DNA of 64,000 nt from an uncultured Alphaproteobacteria bacterium (GCA_963736595.1 CAVTPG010000001.1:91284-155283); one strand, 5' to 3'; shown: positions 28,093 through 38,731, numbered from the stretch's first letter. Notes: generated by a model not told the origin, from the letters alone. Made by a program: numbers and translations.

Positions 28093-29538
28093 ATGAGCAA
28101 AATGCAAAAAATCGCGCTGTGGGTGCTGGCCGCTGTTTTGATCCTGATTGCGCTGGGCTGGTTTCTCACGCGCGGAGACATTGCCGATCTTTCGGTCGAT
28201 GAAGTCACCGGGACTGATCCTGTTCTGCAAGCGCCGGATTCCGAAACAATCCCCACGATCAACATCGCCGAACCGATTGGCTGGGCCGATGGGCAAGTGC
28301 CTGAAGCCGCCCCCGGCTTGTCGGTCAATGCATTCGCAACGGGCCTCGCGCATCCGCGCGTCATCCATACGCTACCCAATGGTGATGTGCTGGTCACGCT
28401 GACGGGCGCTCCGCCAAAGAAAGACGATGGCGGCATCATGGCCTGGATCGAGGGGCTGCTAATGTCCCGCGCCGGGGCGACGGAGGTGTCCGCCGACACG
28501 CTTATGTTACTGCGCGATACGAACGGTGACGGCATGGCGGATCGCAAAATTGCGCTGACTGACGATTTGGCTTCACCTTCCGGCATCGCCTGGGCAGACG
28601 GCACTTTGTATATCGCGAACCATGATGCGCTGCTGAGCTTTCCCTATGCGCTGGGTGCTGAGACGATCGAGGGCGCGGGCACAAAGCTGATGGATTTGCC
28701 ACCCGGCGGCGGCCACTGGATGCGCAATATCGAGCTAAGCCCTGACAAGATGAAGATCTATGTGGCAGTCGGGTCCGTCTCCAATATTGGCGAAAAGGGC
28801 ATGGCGGTCGAGGAAGGCCGCGCGGCGATTTGGGAATATGATCTGATCGACCAGCGCCCGCGTATGTTTGCCGCAGGCCTGCGCAATCCGAATGGGCTCG
28901 ACTGGAGCCCGTGGTCGGGCGAGTTATGGACGACGGTGAACGAGCGCGATATGCTCGGCTCCGATTTGGTGCCGGATTACCTCACCAATGTGCCCGTGGG
29001 CGCGCAATATGGCTGGCCGTGGGTCTATTTCAAAGACCAGTTCGATGAACGCGTCGATGCGCCGCGCCCGCAATTCCTGACCGAATATACACGCCGACCG
29101 GAATATGCGCTTGGTCCGCACGTTGCCGCCTTAGGGCTGGTGTTCACGGCGGAAGGCGCGCGCATGGGCGAGAAGTTCAATTCCGGCGCTTTCATTGCGC
29201 GACATGGATCCTGGAACCGCAAGCCTGCTTCAGGATATGACGTCGTCTATGTGGCTTTCGATGCGCTGGGCAATCCGGTCGGTAAGCCTGTGCCAGTTCT
29301 GTCCGGCTTTCTGACCGGAGATGGCACGACACGCGGACGCCCGACATGGGTCGAGTGGGCCAATGATGGCTCACTTTTGGTTAGCGACGATACGGCCGGC
29401 ATCATTTGGCGCGTGCTGGACAGCACAGCGGAGGCGAGCGCAGCCATCACGCCGCTGGAAGGCGGTTCATTGCCCCCGCAGCGGCAATTGAGCGGCGAAT
29501 CGCGCGCGACTTTCGATGACGATTACGTCCGGGATTAG
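28093..29538 (+). CDS. sorbosone/PQQ-dependent sugar dehydrogenase family protein
   Basis: GLAHPR, GLRNPNG, VNERDMLG.DLVPDY, HGSWNR, VSDD. Confidence 0.9.
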   Translation: MSKMQKIALWVLAAVLILIALGWFLTRGDIADLSVDEVTGTDPVLQAPDSETIPTINIAEPIGWADGQVPEAAPGLSVNAFATGLAHPRVIHTLPNGDVLVTLTGAPPKKDDGGIMAWIEGLLMSRAGATEVSADTLMLLRDTNGDGMADRKIALTDDLASPSGIAWADGTLYIANHDALLSFPYALGAETIEGAGTKLMDLPPGGGHWMRNIELSPDKMKIYVAVGSVSNIGEKGMAVEEGRAAIWEYDLIDQRPRMFAAGLRNPNGLDWSPWSGELWTTVNERDMLGSDLVPDYLTNVPVGAQYGWPWVYFKDQFDERVDAPRPQFLTEYTRRPEYALGPHVAALGLVFTAEGARMGEKFNSGAFIARHGSWNRKPASGYDVVYVAFDALGNPVGKPVPVLSGFLTGDGTTRGRPTWVEWANDGSLLVSDDTAGIIWRVLDSTAEASAAITPLEGGSLPPQRQLSGESRATFDDDYVRD

Positions 29539-29555
29539 CGCGACTTGCTAAGCCG

Positions 29556-31298
29556 TTACGCGACCAAAACGTCCGCTTCCAGCGCGTAAAGTGCCTCTGC
29601 TCCGGCCATAGCGGCAGCTTTCAAGCCAGACGCTTCCGGCACGATCCGGTCGAGGAAAAAGCGCGCAGTCACGCGTTTCTTATCGGCTAGGGACGGGGCT
29701 TCGCCTGCATCGATGGCTTGCAACTGCTTTAACAATTGCCACCCGGCGGCAGCGACGGCGAACATGGTGCAAAATGGCACCGATCCCGCCAGCTTGTCAT
29801 CGAGACTGGCATCCTCACGCATCCATCTGGCGATTCCGGCGCAGTCTCCGGCTAGCGCGAATAGCGCCGGCTCGTCAGCGGCTTCGCGCGCAATATCGGC
29901 CAGCAGGCCCGCCACCGCATTGCCATCTTCCAGCCCCAGCTTGCGCGTGACCAGATCGGCCGCCTGAATGCCGTTCGTGCCTTCATAAATCGGTGCAATT
30001 CGCGAATCGCGCCAATGCTGGGCCGCGCCGGTTTCCTCGACAAAGCCCATGCCCCCGTGAACCTGAATGCCGAGCGAGGCGACTTCGATGCCGATATCCG
30101 TGCCCCACGCTTTGATCAGCGGGACCAGCACTTCGCCGCGCATCTTAGCATCAGTATCGCCCAGTGTACCGCGATCAGTCTGCCCTGCGGTGTAGTATAG
30201 CAGCGCGCGGCTACCCTCGGTCAGGGCCTTCATGCGCAGCAGCATCCGGCGAACATCGGGGTGGTCGATAATTGAAATGGCGGTCTTGTCCGGCGATCCG
30301 GCGCGCGCGGACTGCACGCGGTCTTTCGCGTAATACAGCGCTTGCTGCGTCGCGCGCTCGGCAATTTGCGTGCCTTGGTTGCCCACATTTATGCGCGCAT
30401 TGTTCATCATTGTGAACATCGCCATCAATCCACGATTTTCCGCACCCACCAGCTCGCCGATACATTCGCCATTATCGCCATAGGACATGACGCAAGTTGG
30501 CGACGCATTGATGCCGACTTTATGCTCGATACTGACGCAGCGCAGATCGTTATGCGGACCCATCGAGCCATCGGCGTTGACGTGATATTTCGGCACGGCA
30601 AACAGCGAAATTCCGCGACTGCCTTCGGGCGCATTAGGGGTCCGTGCCAGCACCAGATGAATAATGTTTTTTGCCAGACTATGCTCGCCCCAGGTAATGT
30701 AGATTTTCTGGCCCTGAATGCGATATTTGCCTGAATGTTCGCCATTTTCGATTGGCGTAGCGGTAGAGCGCAGTGCGCCCACATCGCTACCCGCCTGCGG
30801 TTCGGTTAAATTCATCGTTCCCGACCATTCGCCGCTCACCAGCTTTGGCAGATACATCGCTTTCTGCCCATCGCTGCCGTGATGATCGATTGCCTCGATT
30901 GCGCCGACGGACAGCATGGGTAGCAGAGTGAAAGCCATGTTGGCCGTGCCTAAATTCTCGATGACATTGCACGACAAGGTAAACGGCAATCCCTGTCCAC
31001 CAAAGTCGACCGGGCCGGAAATCGCGTTCCATCCCTGCTCGACATAGGCCTCGTATGCTTCGGCAAAGCCATCCGGCAGGCGGATTACGCCATTTTCCAG
31101 CTTCGCGCCTTCCTGATCACCAATCCGGTTCAATGGCGCAAATTCACCAGCCGCAAACGCACCGACGCCTTCGACGATGGCTTCGACCATATCATCCTCA
31201 GCAGCGGCGAATCGTTCGGATTTGGCCAGTTCCGCGATGCCTGCATTGACGCGAATGGCGAGGAGCTGGTCTTGAGTGGCGGGTGAATATGGGGTCAC
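29556..31298 (-). CDS. acyl-CoA dehydrogenase (DmdC/FadE5-like)
   Basis: TMNLTEPQAGSD, GQKIYIT, QVHGGMG, IYEGTNGIQA.DL. Confidence 0.93.
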   Translation of the reverse strand: MTPYSPATQDQLLAIRVNAGIAELAKSERFAAAEDDMVEAIVEGVGAFAAGEFAPLNRIGDQEGAKLENGVIRLPDGFAEAYEAYVEQGWNAISGPVDFGGQGLPFTLSCNVIENLGTANMAFTLLPMLSVGAIEAIDHHGSDGQKAMYLPKLVSGEWSGTMNLTEPQAGSDVGALRSTATPIENGEHSGKYRIQGQKIYITWGEHSLAKNIIHLVLARTPNAPEGSRGISLFAVPKYHVNADGSMGPHNDLRCVSIEHKVGINASPTCVMSYGDNGECIGELVGAENRGLMAMFTMMNNARINVGNQGTQIAERATQQALYYAKDRVQSARAGSPDKTAISIIDHPDVRRMLLRMKALTEGSRALLYYTAGQTDRGTLGDTDAKMRGEVLVPLIKAWGTDIGIEVASLGIQVHGGMGFVEETGAAQHWRDSRIAPIYEGTNGIQAADLVTRKLGLEDGNAVAGLLADIAREAADEPALFALAGDCAGIARWMREDASLDDKLAGSVPFCTMFAVAAAGWQLLKQLQAIDAGEAPSLADKKRVTARFFLDRIVPEASGLKAAAMAGAEALYALEADVLVA

Positions 31299-31365
31299 GT
31301 ATCGGTTTCCTTGGGATTCGAGCGCGTTTTCTGTAGAGGTTATGACTTATCTATAGGGACGCGCC

Positions 31366-32298
31366 ATGTCGGGCAAGAACGCTACGGAAACGATAACGCC
31401 CGACGCGGCAGGCATATCCCGTGCGGCCACGATCTTGGCGCGCGGCGGTCTGGTCGCTGTGCCGACAGAGACGGTATACGGGCTTGCAGCGCGGGCGGAT
31501 GACGATGCGGCAGTGGCGCGCATTTACGCGGCGAAGGGGCGACCCAGTTTCAACCCGTTGATCGTCCATGTGGCGAGCATGACGCAGGCGCGAGAGTTGG
31601 CGGAATTCAGCGCGGAAGCGGAACGGATGGCGCAGGCGCATTGGCCGGGTCCGCTCACGCTAGTTTTGCCGCGAAAACCAAGCGCGCAATTGGCGGACGC
31701 CGTGACGGCAGGTTTATCGAGTGTGGCGCTGAGGATGCCGGCGCACCCCGTTATGCAAGCTGTGCTGGATGCAGTGGGTGTGCCACTTGCGGCTCCGTCA
31801 GCGAATCGCAGCGGCTTTATCAGTCCCACCACGGCGGCCCATGTGCTGGCGTCGCTCGATGGGCGGATCGATGCGGTGCTGGATGGCGGCGAATGCGCAC
31901 AGGGCGTTGAATCGACGATTTTGGCTTTGCGCGAGGGAGGCGAATGGGAGGAGCTGAGGCCTGGACCGATTGCCCCGCCGCAAAAGTTGCGCCGCGCAAC
32001 TTTCGATAGCGGAATTATCGAAGCGCCTGGTCAATCGGCGCGCCATTATGCGCCGGGAAAGCCGGTGCGGCTGAATGCTGAAGCTGCGGAAAGTGACGAG
32101 TTTCTGATTGGTTTTGGCCAAGTGACTGGCGCGTGCACATTGTCGGAAAGCGGTAACTTGGAAGAAGCGGCGGCGCAGCTCTACGCCTGCCTGCATCTTG
32201 CCGCCCAGTCCGACAGACCGCGCATTGCGGTTGCGCCAATTCCGCTCAATGGAATCGGAGCGGCCATAAACGACCGGCTCACACGCGCAGCCGCTTAA
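31366..32298 (+). CDS. tsaC: L-threonylcarbamoyladenylate synthase (Sua5 type)
   Basis: PTETVYGL, KGRP.FNPLIVH, APSANRSG, APG...HYAP, AINDRL.RAA. Confidence 0.93.
   Translation: MSGKNATETITPDAAGISRAATILARGGLVAVPTETVYGLAARADDDAAVARIYAAKGRPSFNPLIVHVASMTQARELAEFSAEAERMAQAHWPGPLTLVLPRKPSAQLADAVTAGLSSVALRMPAHPVMQAVLDAVGVPLAAPSANRSGFISPTTAAHVLASLDGRIDAVLDGGECAQGVESTILALREGGEWEELRPGPIAPPQKLRRATFDSGIIEAPGQSARHYAPGKPVRLNAEAAESDEFLIGFGQVTGACTLSESGNLEEAAAQLYACLHLAAQSDRPRIAVAPIPLNGIGAAINDRLTRAAA
31983..32003. repeat. 21-bp palindromic repeat, copy 2, inside tsaC
   Basis: AAAGTTGCGCCGCGCAACTTT, read as part of QKLRRATF. Confidence 0.75.
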
Positions 32299-32669
32299 TC
32301 GTCGCGAGAAATGCCATCACGATCGGCTTCCGAGAGGGGCGCGGGGATCGTCGGGCGTAACGCCTCGATCTCGTCATAAGTCTCGCGCGCATCGCGGCAC
32401 GCACCACGGTCGCCATCATCACAATCCGCCAATTGCTTGGTATAGCGCCGCTCCAGCTTGCCCAACTGCTCTTCGCGTCTGCGCAGATCCCGACCACGCT
32501 TTTCATCGGCTTCGGATTGGCTCGTCGTAGCCAGATCGACCGCCTTGCTGGCGATTTTGACAGGCGCAGTTGCAACATCGACGATCGTCTTGGCAATGCA
32601 ACCGCTCAACATTGGCAACGATAGTGCCAGCACGGCAAAACGTATGGCGCGCGACGGGGTGAGTGTCAT
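32295..32669 (-). CDS. hypothetical lipoprotein
   Basis: Lipobox LSGC; coiled region with C..C pair. Confidence 0.8.
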   Translation of the reverse strand: MTLTPSRAIRFAVLALSLPMLSGCIAKTIVDVATAPVKIASKAVDLATTSQSEADEKRGRDLRRREEQLGKLERRYTKQLADCDDGDRGACRDARETYDEIEALRPTIPAPLSEADRDGISRDD

Positions 32670-32715
32670 GGTTCAGTCCTCTCACCCCGGCGCATAGCTG
32701 CAAATCGTTAGCGTG

Positions 32716-33495
32716 TCATGAACCGGCGGCAGCCTGCTCCGCCGATCCGCTGCCTTCGCGCATTTCGCAAGTCAGCGAGCCGGAACCCATCGAATTGACC
32801 TTGCACTTCGCCCGGCCATAAACGCGTACATCGCCGGAACCCATGATGTTGGCCTCGACTGTTCCGTCCGAGGCAAAGCGCGTATCACCAGAGCCCATAA
32901 TGTTGACTTCTCCATCGTCGGCCTGAAGGTCGCCCAGTTTCGCGCTGCCTGATCCCGCAACATTGATTTCTAGCCGTTTTGCGCTGCCACTACCCTCGAT
33001 AGAGCCAGACCCGGCAATGTTGACCTCAAGTCTCTCTGCGGCGATGTTGCTGGCCGTCAGTGTCCCGGACCCCGCAATGATGAGCTCTGGATTGGCGCCT
33101 AGCGCGGATGCCTCCACATTGCCCGAACCGGCGATTGTGATGCTATCAGGCGCGGGCATGGCGATCCGCACGGTTACGCGGCCTTTCGTACTCCAGTCCG
33201 AATCTTCGCGCGATACTGTCAGAGCATTGCCGTCGCGCTCAAACCGCAGCAAATCCGTAAGCTCTGTGTCGCCTTCGGTATCGATGGAGAGTGTGCTGCT
33301 CTCGGTAAGAATGATATTATCGGGACCGGCGAGGATAAGTTCGGTCGGCGCATCGCCCGTCATATCCAGCTCCGCCAACGGCACACCGTTGCCAATGCCG
33401 CCAAAGTTCATATTGCTGTTGCAGCCCGAAACCGCCGCGCCCATTGCCATCGCGGCAGCGGGAGCGATGACTTTAAAAAATGTGTGAAATTTCAT
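32716..33495 (-). CDS. head GIN domain (DUF2807) lipoprotein
   Basis: Repeated IAGSG/IMGSG units; lipobox VSGC; AGGAGG RBS before MKFH. Confidence 0.88.
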   Translation of the reverse strand: MKFHTFFKVIAPAAAMAMGAAVSGCNSNMNFGGIGNGVPLAELDMTGDAPTELILAGPDNIILTESSTLSIDTEGDTELTDLLRFERDGNALTVSREDSDWSTKGRVTVRIAMPAPDSITIAGSGNVEASALGANPELIIAGSGTLTASNIAAERLEVNIAGSGSIEGSGSAKRLEINVAGSGSAKLGDLQADDGEVNIMGSGDTRFASDGTVEANIMGSGDVRVYGRAKCKVNSMGSGSLTCEMREGSGSAEQAAAGS

Positions 33496-33513
33496 ACTGG
33501 CCTCCTGATATTG

Positions 33514-33533
33514 CGTATTGCTGACATAATACA
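33514..33533. promoter_or_regulatory. palindromic operator, GntR/YtrA-like
   Basis: CGTATTG-N6-TAATACA just upstream of the RBS of the DUF2807 gene. Confidence 0.45.
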
Positions 33534-33562
33534 GCATTGAGGCAATGCCAAGGCGACAAATG

Positions 33563-33589
33563 AAAAGGGCCGCTCAAATGAGCGACCCT
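33563..33589 (-). terminator. intrinsic terminator after carD
   Basis: Minus strand AGGGTCGCTCA-TT-TGAGCGGCCCT followed by T-run. Confidence 0.75.
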
Positions 33590-33616
33590 GATCGTGTGTT
33601 ATCGAGCGTTGGTCGA

Positions 33617-34150
33617 TCAATCCTCGTCGGGATTGTCGTAATATTGCGGCGCGTGTTCGCGCAGGATTTCGAGGATTTTTTCCAGAGCCGTCGGCTCGTC
33701 CGTCTTTTCCATCGCTGCGAGTTCGCGCGCCAGGCGGCTGGAAGCGGCTTCGAAAATCTGCCGTTCGGAATAGCTTTGCTCCGGCTGATCGGCGGGGCGG
33801 AACAGATCGCGCGTCACTTCGGCAATGGATACCAGATCACCTGAATTGATCTTGGCTTCATATTCCTGAGCGCGGCGCGACCACATAGTGCGCTTGACCT
33901 TGGGCTTGCCTTTCAGCGTTTCCATCGCTTCTTTCAGCGTCTTGTCGCTGGACAGTTTACGCATCCCGATCGACTCGATCTTGTTCGTCGGCACACGCAA
34001 CGTCATGCGCTCTTTTTCAAACCGCAGGACATACAGTTCAAGCTGCATTCCGGCGATTTCTTCGTTCTGCAATTCGATTACGCGGCCAACGCCGTGCTTG
34101 GGATAAACGACATAATCGCCAACATCGAAGGCCATTGCCTCACTCGCCAT
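33617..34150 (-). CDS. carD: CarD/CdnL family transcription factor
   Basis: GDYVVYPKHGVG, WSRRAQEYEAKINSGD, SYSERQ. Confidence 0.95.
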   Translation of the reverse strand: MASEAMAFDVGDYVVYPKHGVGRVIELQNEEIAGMQLELYVLRFEKERMTLRVPTNKIESIGMRKLSSDKTLKEAMETLKGKPKVKRTMWSRRAQEYEAKINSGDLVSIAEVTRDLFRPADQPEQSYSERQIFEAASSRLARELAAMEKTDEPTALEKILEILREHAPQYYDNPDED

Positions 34151-34388
34151 AGGGTAATCCTTAACTGAATTTTCGGCTCACATTCCTCAATCGCGGGTCA
34201 TTCCGGCTAAAGCTGCGCCCTGTTGCGCGACTACGCAATGGGACTGCGAACCGGAATGGCGGATGAGGCTAAACAAGCCTTTTAAAACAAACGGATGCGG
34301 ATCGGTAAACCGGCGCATTGGTAGATTATATAGCACAAGCGCAACAATATTACCACTGCCGAAACTTGTCGCGTCCTGAGCCTTAAGT

Positions 34389-35252
34389 TTACGCTTGCAA
34401 ACTCCGCTGCCGCTCGCGCTCGCTTTTTTCTGCCGGCGCGTTCAGCTCGGCACCGATCATCAGGATGTAGGCCGTGAGATACAACCATGTCAGCAGCACA
34501 ACCACTGCGCCCAGCGATCCGTATGTCGCATTGTAATTACCGAAATTGGAGACGTAATAAGCGAAGCCTGCGGTCGTAATCAGCGTGCCGATCGCAAACA
34601 GGATCGCGCCGGGCATCTGATGCTTCCATGCGGGCGGCTCGCGATCGGGGGCAAAGCGAAACAGCAGAAACGCGCCCAACACTGCCGATGCCAATACCAC
34701 TACATAACTCGCGATTTTGCCCGGGACGCCAGCCAGCAATCCGGTCGCAGCAATGGCAGCGGCGATAATGCCCGCGCCGACAATCGCGCCCAGTGTTATC
34801 GCCAAAGCGAGCAGCGTCTTGCGGATAAAGCCGCGCTCATCGATCAAGTCATACGCAATATCCAGCGCGGTGACGATCCCGCCTGCCCCATTGCGCGCGC
34901 CGAACAGCGCGAAGGCCAGCGCGACGGCCAGTCCAAAGCCCTTTTTCCCGGCAGAGCTTTGCGTGATCGCTTCAAGCTGATCGGTGATCAGGCTGGCGGC
35001 GGACTGCGGCAAAGTGGTGGCCAGCACGCTGGCATGGCGCGTCACAGTTTCCGTGTCAGCAACCAGCCCATAAAGCAGCACAATCGCACCTAATAAGGGC
35101 ACCAACGCCAGAAACGCGTAATACGCAACGCCGGCTGCAACGATGCCGACATTGTCTTTGACGCCTTCGGTATACGCGGTTTTCAGCGCAGCAAACCAGC
35201 TTCGCCCGTGGTCGCTTTTGTCGGCTTGTAATGTGTCTTTATGAGCAGGCAC
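34389..35252 (-). CDS. YihY/virulence factor BrkB family membrane protein
   Basis: AAGVAYY.FLAL.P, YNATYGSLGAVVVLL.WLY..GAELN; start set at GTG 35252. Confidence 0.9.
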   Translation of the reverse strand: MPAHKDTLQADKSDHGRSWFAALKTAYTEGVKDNVGIVAAGVAYYAFLALVPLLGAIVLLYGLVADTETVTRHASVLATTLPQSAASLITDQLEAITQSSAGKKGFGLAVALAFALFGARNGAGGIVTALDIAYDLIDERGFIRKTLLALAITLGAIVGAGIIAAAIAATGLLAGVPGKIASYVVVLASAVLGAFLLFRFAPDREPPAWKHQMPGAILFAIGTLITTAGFAYYVSNFGNYNATYGSLGAVVVLLTWLYLTAYILMIGAELNAPAEKSERERQRSLQA

Positions 35253-35262
35253 CGAGCAAGAC

Positions 35263-35601
35263 TTAGTCGCCTTCTCCCGGCGCATCGGTAAAGAATTTCT
35301 CGAATTTGCCTTCTTCGCCTTTATGCTCGTCGGCATCGGCGGGCGGATCTTTCTGCTGCGTAATGTTGGGCCATTCAGCGGATAGCTTGGTGTTCAGCTC
35401 CAGCCATTTTTCCAGCCCGTCTTCGGTATCGGGCAGAATCGCTTCAGCCGGGCATTCCGGCTCACACACGCCGCAATCGATGCATTCGCTGGGGTTGATG
35501 ACCAGCATCGTTTCGCCTTCGTAAAAGCAATCGACCGGGCACACTTCGACGCAATCGGTATATTTGCATTTGATGCAGGCATCGGTGACGACATAAGTCA
35601 T
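35263..35601 (-). CDS. fdxA: 7Fe ferredoxin FdxA
   Basis: [30 protein letters not shown]. Confidence 0.96.
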   Translation of the reverse strand: MTYVVTDACIKCKYTDCVEVCPVDCFYEGETMLVINPSECIDCGVCEPECPAEAILPDTEDGLEKWLELNTKLSAEWPNITQQKDPPADADEHKGEEGKFEKFFTDAPGEGD

Positions 35602-35681
35602 TGCGGCGGTGTCCTTCAACTGGTCTGGCGCTTCAATCCGGCGTGCTATGGCGGAATGCCGCGCAGGGTCAAGTGGCTGCT

Positions 35682-35954
35682 TTATAGCAAACGATAATGA
35701 TCGCGCGCCTCGGCGGCGGGACCACGACGTTCGGGCAATGTCATAACTTCCAGTGCGTGGACATCGTTCCCAATCGGCAAAGTCAGGACATCGCCCGGTT
35801 TTATGCAGGCGCTGACACGCGTGACGCGCTGCCGATTGCAGCGAATATGCCCCTCATCGACCAGATTATGCGCGATGCTGCGTGTGCGGCAAATGCGAAG
35901 ATAGCAGAGCAGGCGGTCGATCCGCATACTCTCCGGGCCGCACGGTTCGCTCAA
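35682..35954 (-). CDS. S4-domain RNA-binding protein (Hsp15/HslR-like)
   Basis: [21 protein letters not shown]. Confidence 0.88.
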   Translation of the reverse strand: MSEPCGPESMRIDRLLCYLRICRTRSIAHNLVDEGHIRCNRQRVTRVSACIKPGDVLTLPIGNDVHALEVMTLPERRGPAAEARDHYRLL

Positions 35955-38611
35955 CGCACCAGATCGGCCAATGCGCCGAATGGATTGCCTTCGCCAACGG
36001 TTTTGGGCTTGCGCTGTTTATGCGCAGGTTTGGCGCGCGCTGGTTTGCGCCGCGACGATGGTCGCCATTCCCACTTGTCGGGCGCTGGCGGACCCAATGC
36101 GCCTTCGTCCAGTGCCTTGGCAGGTTGCAGGCGGAACCCGCCGGCTTGCATCAGACGGTGATAGTTTTGCGCTTCCAGCCCGATGGAAATGGGCAATGCC
36201 GCATCGAAGGTAAATTTACGCGCTGTGGTCTTGCTGCGCGCTTCGTGGGCCGCGCGGAAAACCTTCTCCGCCAGATCGAGGCGGATCGCCTGCTCGCCCG
36301 CCGGACGATAGCCGCTTGGCATTTTGCGAATGTCTTTCAGCACAGGCAGCATCGCATCCTGAACCGGTCGCCGGTCGATGCCGAGTGCATGGAGCAGCTT
36401 TCTCGGCGCCGGTTTCAATAATGCTGGCACGAAAATATCCAGCGCCCCAAAGGTGACGCCAAGCCGCCGCAAAAATGGCCGCAATTCCTTGGGCAGATGA
36501 TCGAGACCCGCTTTCTCGCGAGAGATAAAGCCGTGTCCGCCGACCAGCGTGTGCAGCAACGCGCGCGCTTCGGACCCGGCTTCAGGATCGCGGGTGGCTT
36601 CCTGCAATTTTTCGAGCGGGGTCAGCGGTTCCAACTGCTTGGCGAGCCAGGACGTCAGCGCCGCCATCAGCGCATCACGCGATGCATCGGGCAGCAAAGC
36701 AAGGTCGCGTCCCGGCAGCAACACCGGCTGAATCTGCCCGTCGCGTGGCTCCATCGTGGCCAGCGGGCGGTTTTGCCAATGCACGGCGCTACGCTCCATG
36801 GTGACGCCTGCCAAATCACTGTCGATCAGTTTGGTCGCGCGCTCAGCCAGGATGCGCGGCAAGGCTTTCTCCGCCGCGGCCAGCAGCATCTTGTGATCGT
36901 CATGGCCCGCATTCGGATCGACGGCAAAATGAAATCCTTCGAGCCGGCCAATCTCTTCGTCTTCGACCAGCACGACCCCTTCATCGTTCAAGCTGATCGG
37001 TAGCAATGCGGCGTCCTGTCCCAGTGTTTTCATCAGGATAGCGGTCCTTCGGTTTACAAATCTTTCGGTCAGGCGCGCGTGCAGCGCATCTGACAATTTC
37101 GCTTCGGCAGCGCGCGCACGGGCCGCCATTTCATCGCGCGCCAAGACCCAGTCCGGGCGCTGGCAGATATAGGACCAGCTGCGGATGGCGGCAATGCGCC
37201 CTTGTAGCGTGTCGATATCGCCTTGCACATTGTCTAATTCAGAGACGCGGGCGGCGACGAAATCCGCGCCAAGATAGCCTTGCGCCAAATCCTGCCACAG
37301 CCGCGCGACGAACCGCGCGTGCATATCCGTGCCCTGGCTGCGGAAATCGGGCAGCGAGCAAGCTTCCCAAAAGCGCCTCACGGAACCAGCGCCTTTAACC
37401 GATCGGGTTATACCATCGTCATGTAATCGCCGCAAAACGGCGAGGTCGATGGATTCAGGAGCGGCGGCAAGTGCATCATGCTGGGGTGCAGCTTCCAGAT
37501 CGCCGATCAGCACATCGACGGTATCGAAGCGCGGCTGGGCATCGCGCCAGAATAGCCGCGTGAGCGGTGCAAAGTGGTGATCCTCGATTGCCGCGATGTC
37601 TTCTTCGGTAAATTCGGGCGCAGGGCCGGATGGGCCGCGCTTGCCTGCTTTTATGGCTCCGGCGAGCACGCCGAATGTCCCGTCGCGTTGATGCCGGCCA
37701 GCGCGTCCGGCGATTTGCGCCATTTCGGCTGGTTGCAAGCGTCGCTGTCGCATCCCGTCGAATTTGGTCAGGCCTGCAAAAGCAACGTGGTTTAAATCGA
37801 GGTTCAGGCCCATGCCGATGGCATCGGTTGCGACGATATAATCCACTTCACCGGACTGGAACAATTCGACCTGTTTGTTCCGCGTTTCCGGGCTTAGCGC
37901 GCCCATAACGACCGCCGCACCGCCGCGAAACCGCCGCAGCATTTCAGCCACGCCATAAACCTGCTCGGCAGAGAAGGCGACAATCGCGCTGCGTGGAGGC
38001 AGGCGCGACAATTTGCGCGCGCCGATATGTTTAAGCGTAGAAAAGCGCGGGCGCTCAACCATTTCCGCGTCCGGCTCAAGCTGCCGCACCAATGGCGCCA
38101 AGGTCGCTGCGCCAAGCAACATGGTTTCTTCGCGGCCACGTGCATGAAGCAAGCGATCCGTGAAGATATGGCCGCGCTCGCGATCGGCGGCCAGTTGCGC
38201 CTCATCCAGCGCCACAAACGCAAAGTCGCCTTCCGGCCCACCACCGCCATCGGGTCTGCGCATCGGCATCGCTTCGACCGTACACAGGAAATACCGCGCA
38301 TTGGGCGGTTCGATCCGCTGTTCGCCAGTGATTAGCGCGACTTGCGCCTCGCCCTTCATCGCGACCACCCGGTCGTAAACTTCGCGCGCCAGCAAGCGCA
38401 GCGGGAAGCCGATCGCGCCACTCGAATGCGCGCACATCCGCTCGATCGCGAGGTGGGTTTTGCCGGTGTTGGTCGGCCCGAGGACCGCTTTCAGTTTGCT
38501 GCCTTCCACATCGGCAAGATGGCATTCCACCACGGCGCAAGCAACCGCACATTGTTTATACTGAGTTGATACTGGCTTTATATTGGGCCGGGAGACGCAT
38601 CCCAGAGGCAA
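35951..38611 (-). CDS. SUV3-like SF2 helicase (true start probably ~80-100 nt inside)
   Basis: LGPTNTGKT, DEAQ, ATDAIGMGLN, QIAGRAGR. Confidence 0.92.
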   Translation of the reverse strand: MPLGCVSRPNIKPVSTQYKQCAVACAVVECHLADVEGSKLKAVLGPTNTGKTHLAIERMCAHSSGAIGFPLRLLAREVYDRVVAMKGEAQVALITGEQRIEPPNARYFLCTVEAMPMRRPDGGGGPEGDFAFVALDEAQLAADRERGHIFTDRLLHARGREETMLLGAATLAPLVRQLEPDAEMVERPRFSTLKHIGARKLSRLPPRSAIVAFSAEQVYGVAEMLRRFRGGAAVVMGALSPETRNKQVELFQSGEVDYIVATDAIGMGLNLDLNHVAFAGLTKFDGMRQRRLQPAEMAQIAGRAGRHQRDGTFGVLAGAIKAGKRGPSGPAPEFTEEDIAAIEDHHFAPLTRLFWRDAQPRFDTVDVLIGDLEAAPQHDALAAAPESIDLAVLRRLHDDGITRSVKGAGSVRRFWEACSLPDFRSQGTDMHARFVARLWQDLAQGYLGADFVAARVSELDNVQGDIDTLQGRIAAIRSWSYICQRPDWVLARDEMAARARAAEAKLSDALHARLTERFVNRRTAILMKTLGQDAALLPISLNDEGVVLVEDEEIGRLEGFHFAVDPNAGHDDHKMLLAAAEKALPRILAERATKLIDSDLAGVTMERSAVHWQNRPLATMEPRDGQIQPVLLPGRDLALLPDASRDALMAALTSWLAKQLEPLTPLEKLQEATRDPEAGSEARALLHTLVGGHGFISREKAGLDHLPKELRPFLRRLGVTFGALDIFVPALLKPAPRKLLHALGIDRRPVQDAMLPVLKDIRKMPSGYRPAGEQAIRLDLAEKVFRAAHEARSKTTARKFTFDAALPISIGLEAQNYHRLMQAGGFRLQPAKALDEGALGPPAPDKWEWRPSSRRKPARAKPAHKQRKPKTVGEGNPFGALADLVR

Positions 38612-38644
38612 TTCACCGCATCTTCCGCGCAGATCACCGCCAAG

Positions 38645-38660
38645 TTAATGCGATTTTAAC
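38645..38660. promoter_or_regulatory. CtrA binding site
   Basis: Perfect TTAA-TGCGATT-TTAAC between the helicase and M23 genes. Confidence 0.75.
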
Positions 38661-38731
38661 TTTGTTTTTGGATAAAAACTGCCAAAGCCGCCCTAATCGT
38701 TAACGGGCGGGGTGGAGGTAAGAGGGCGCGT

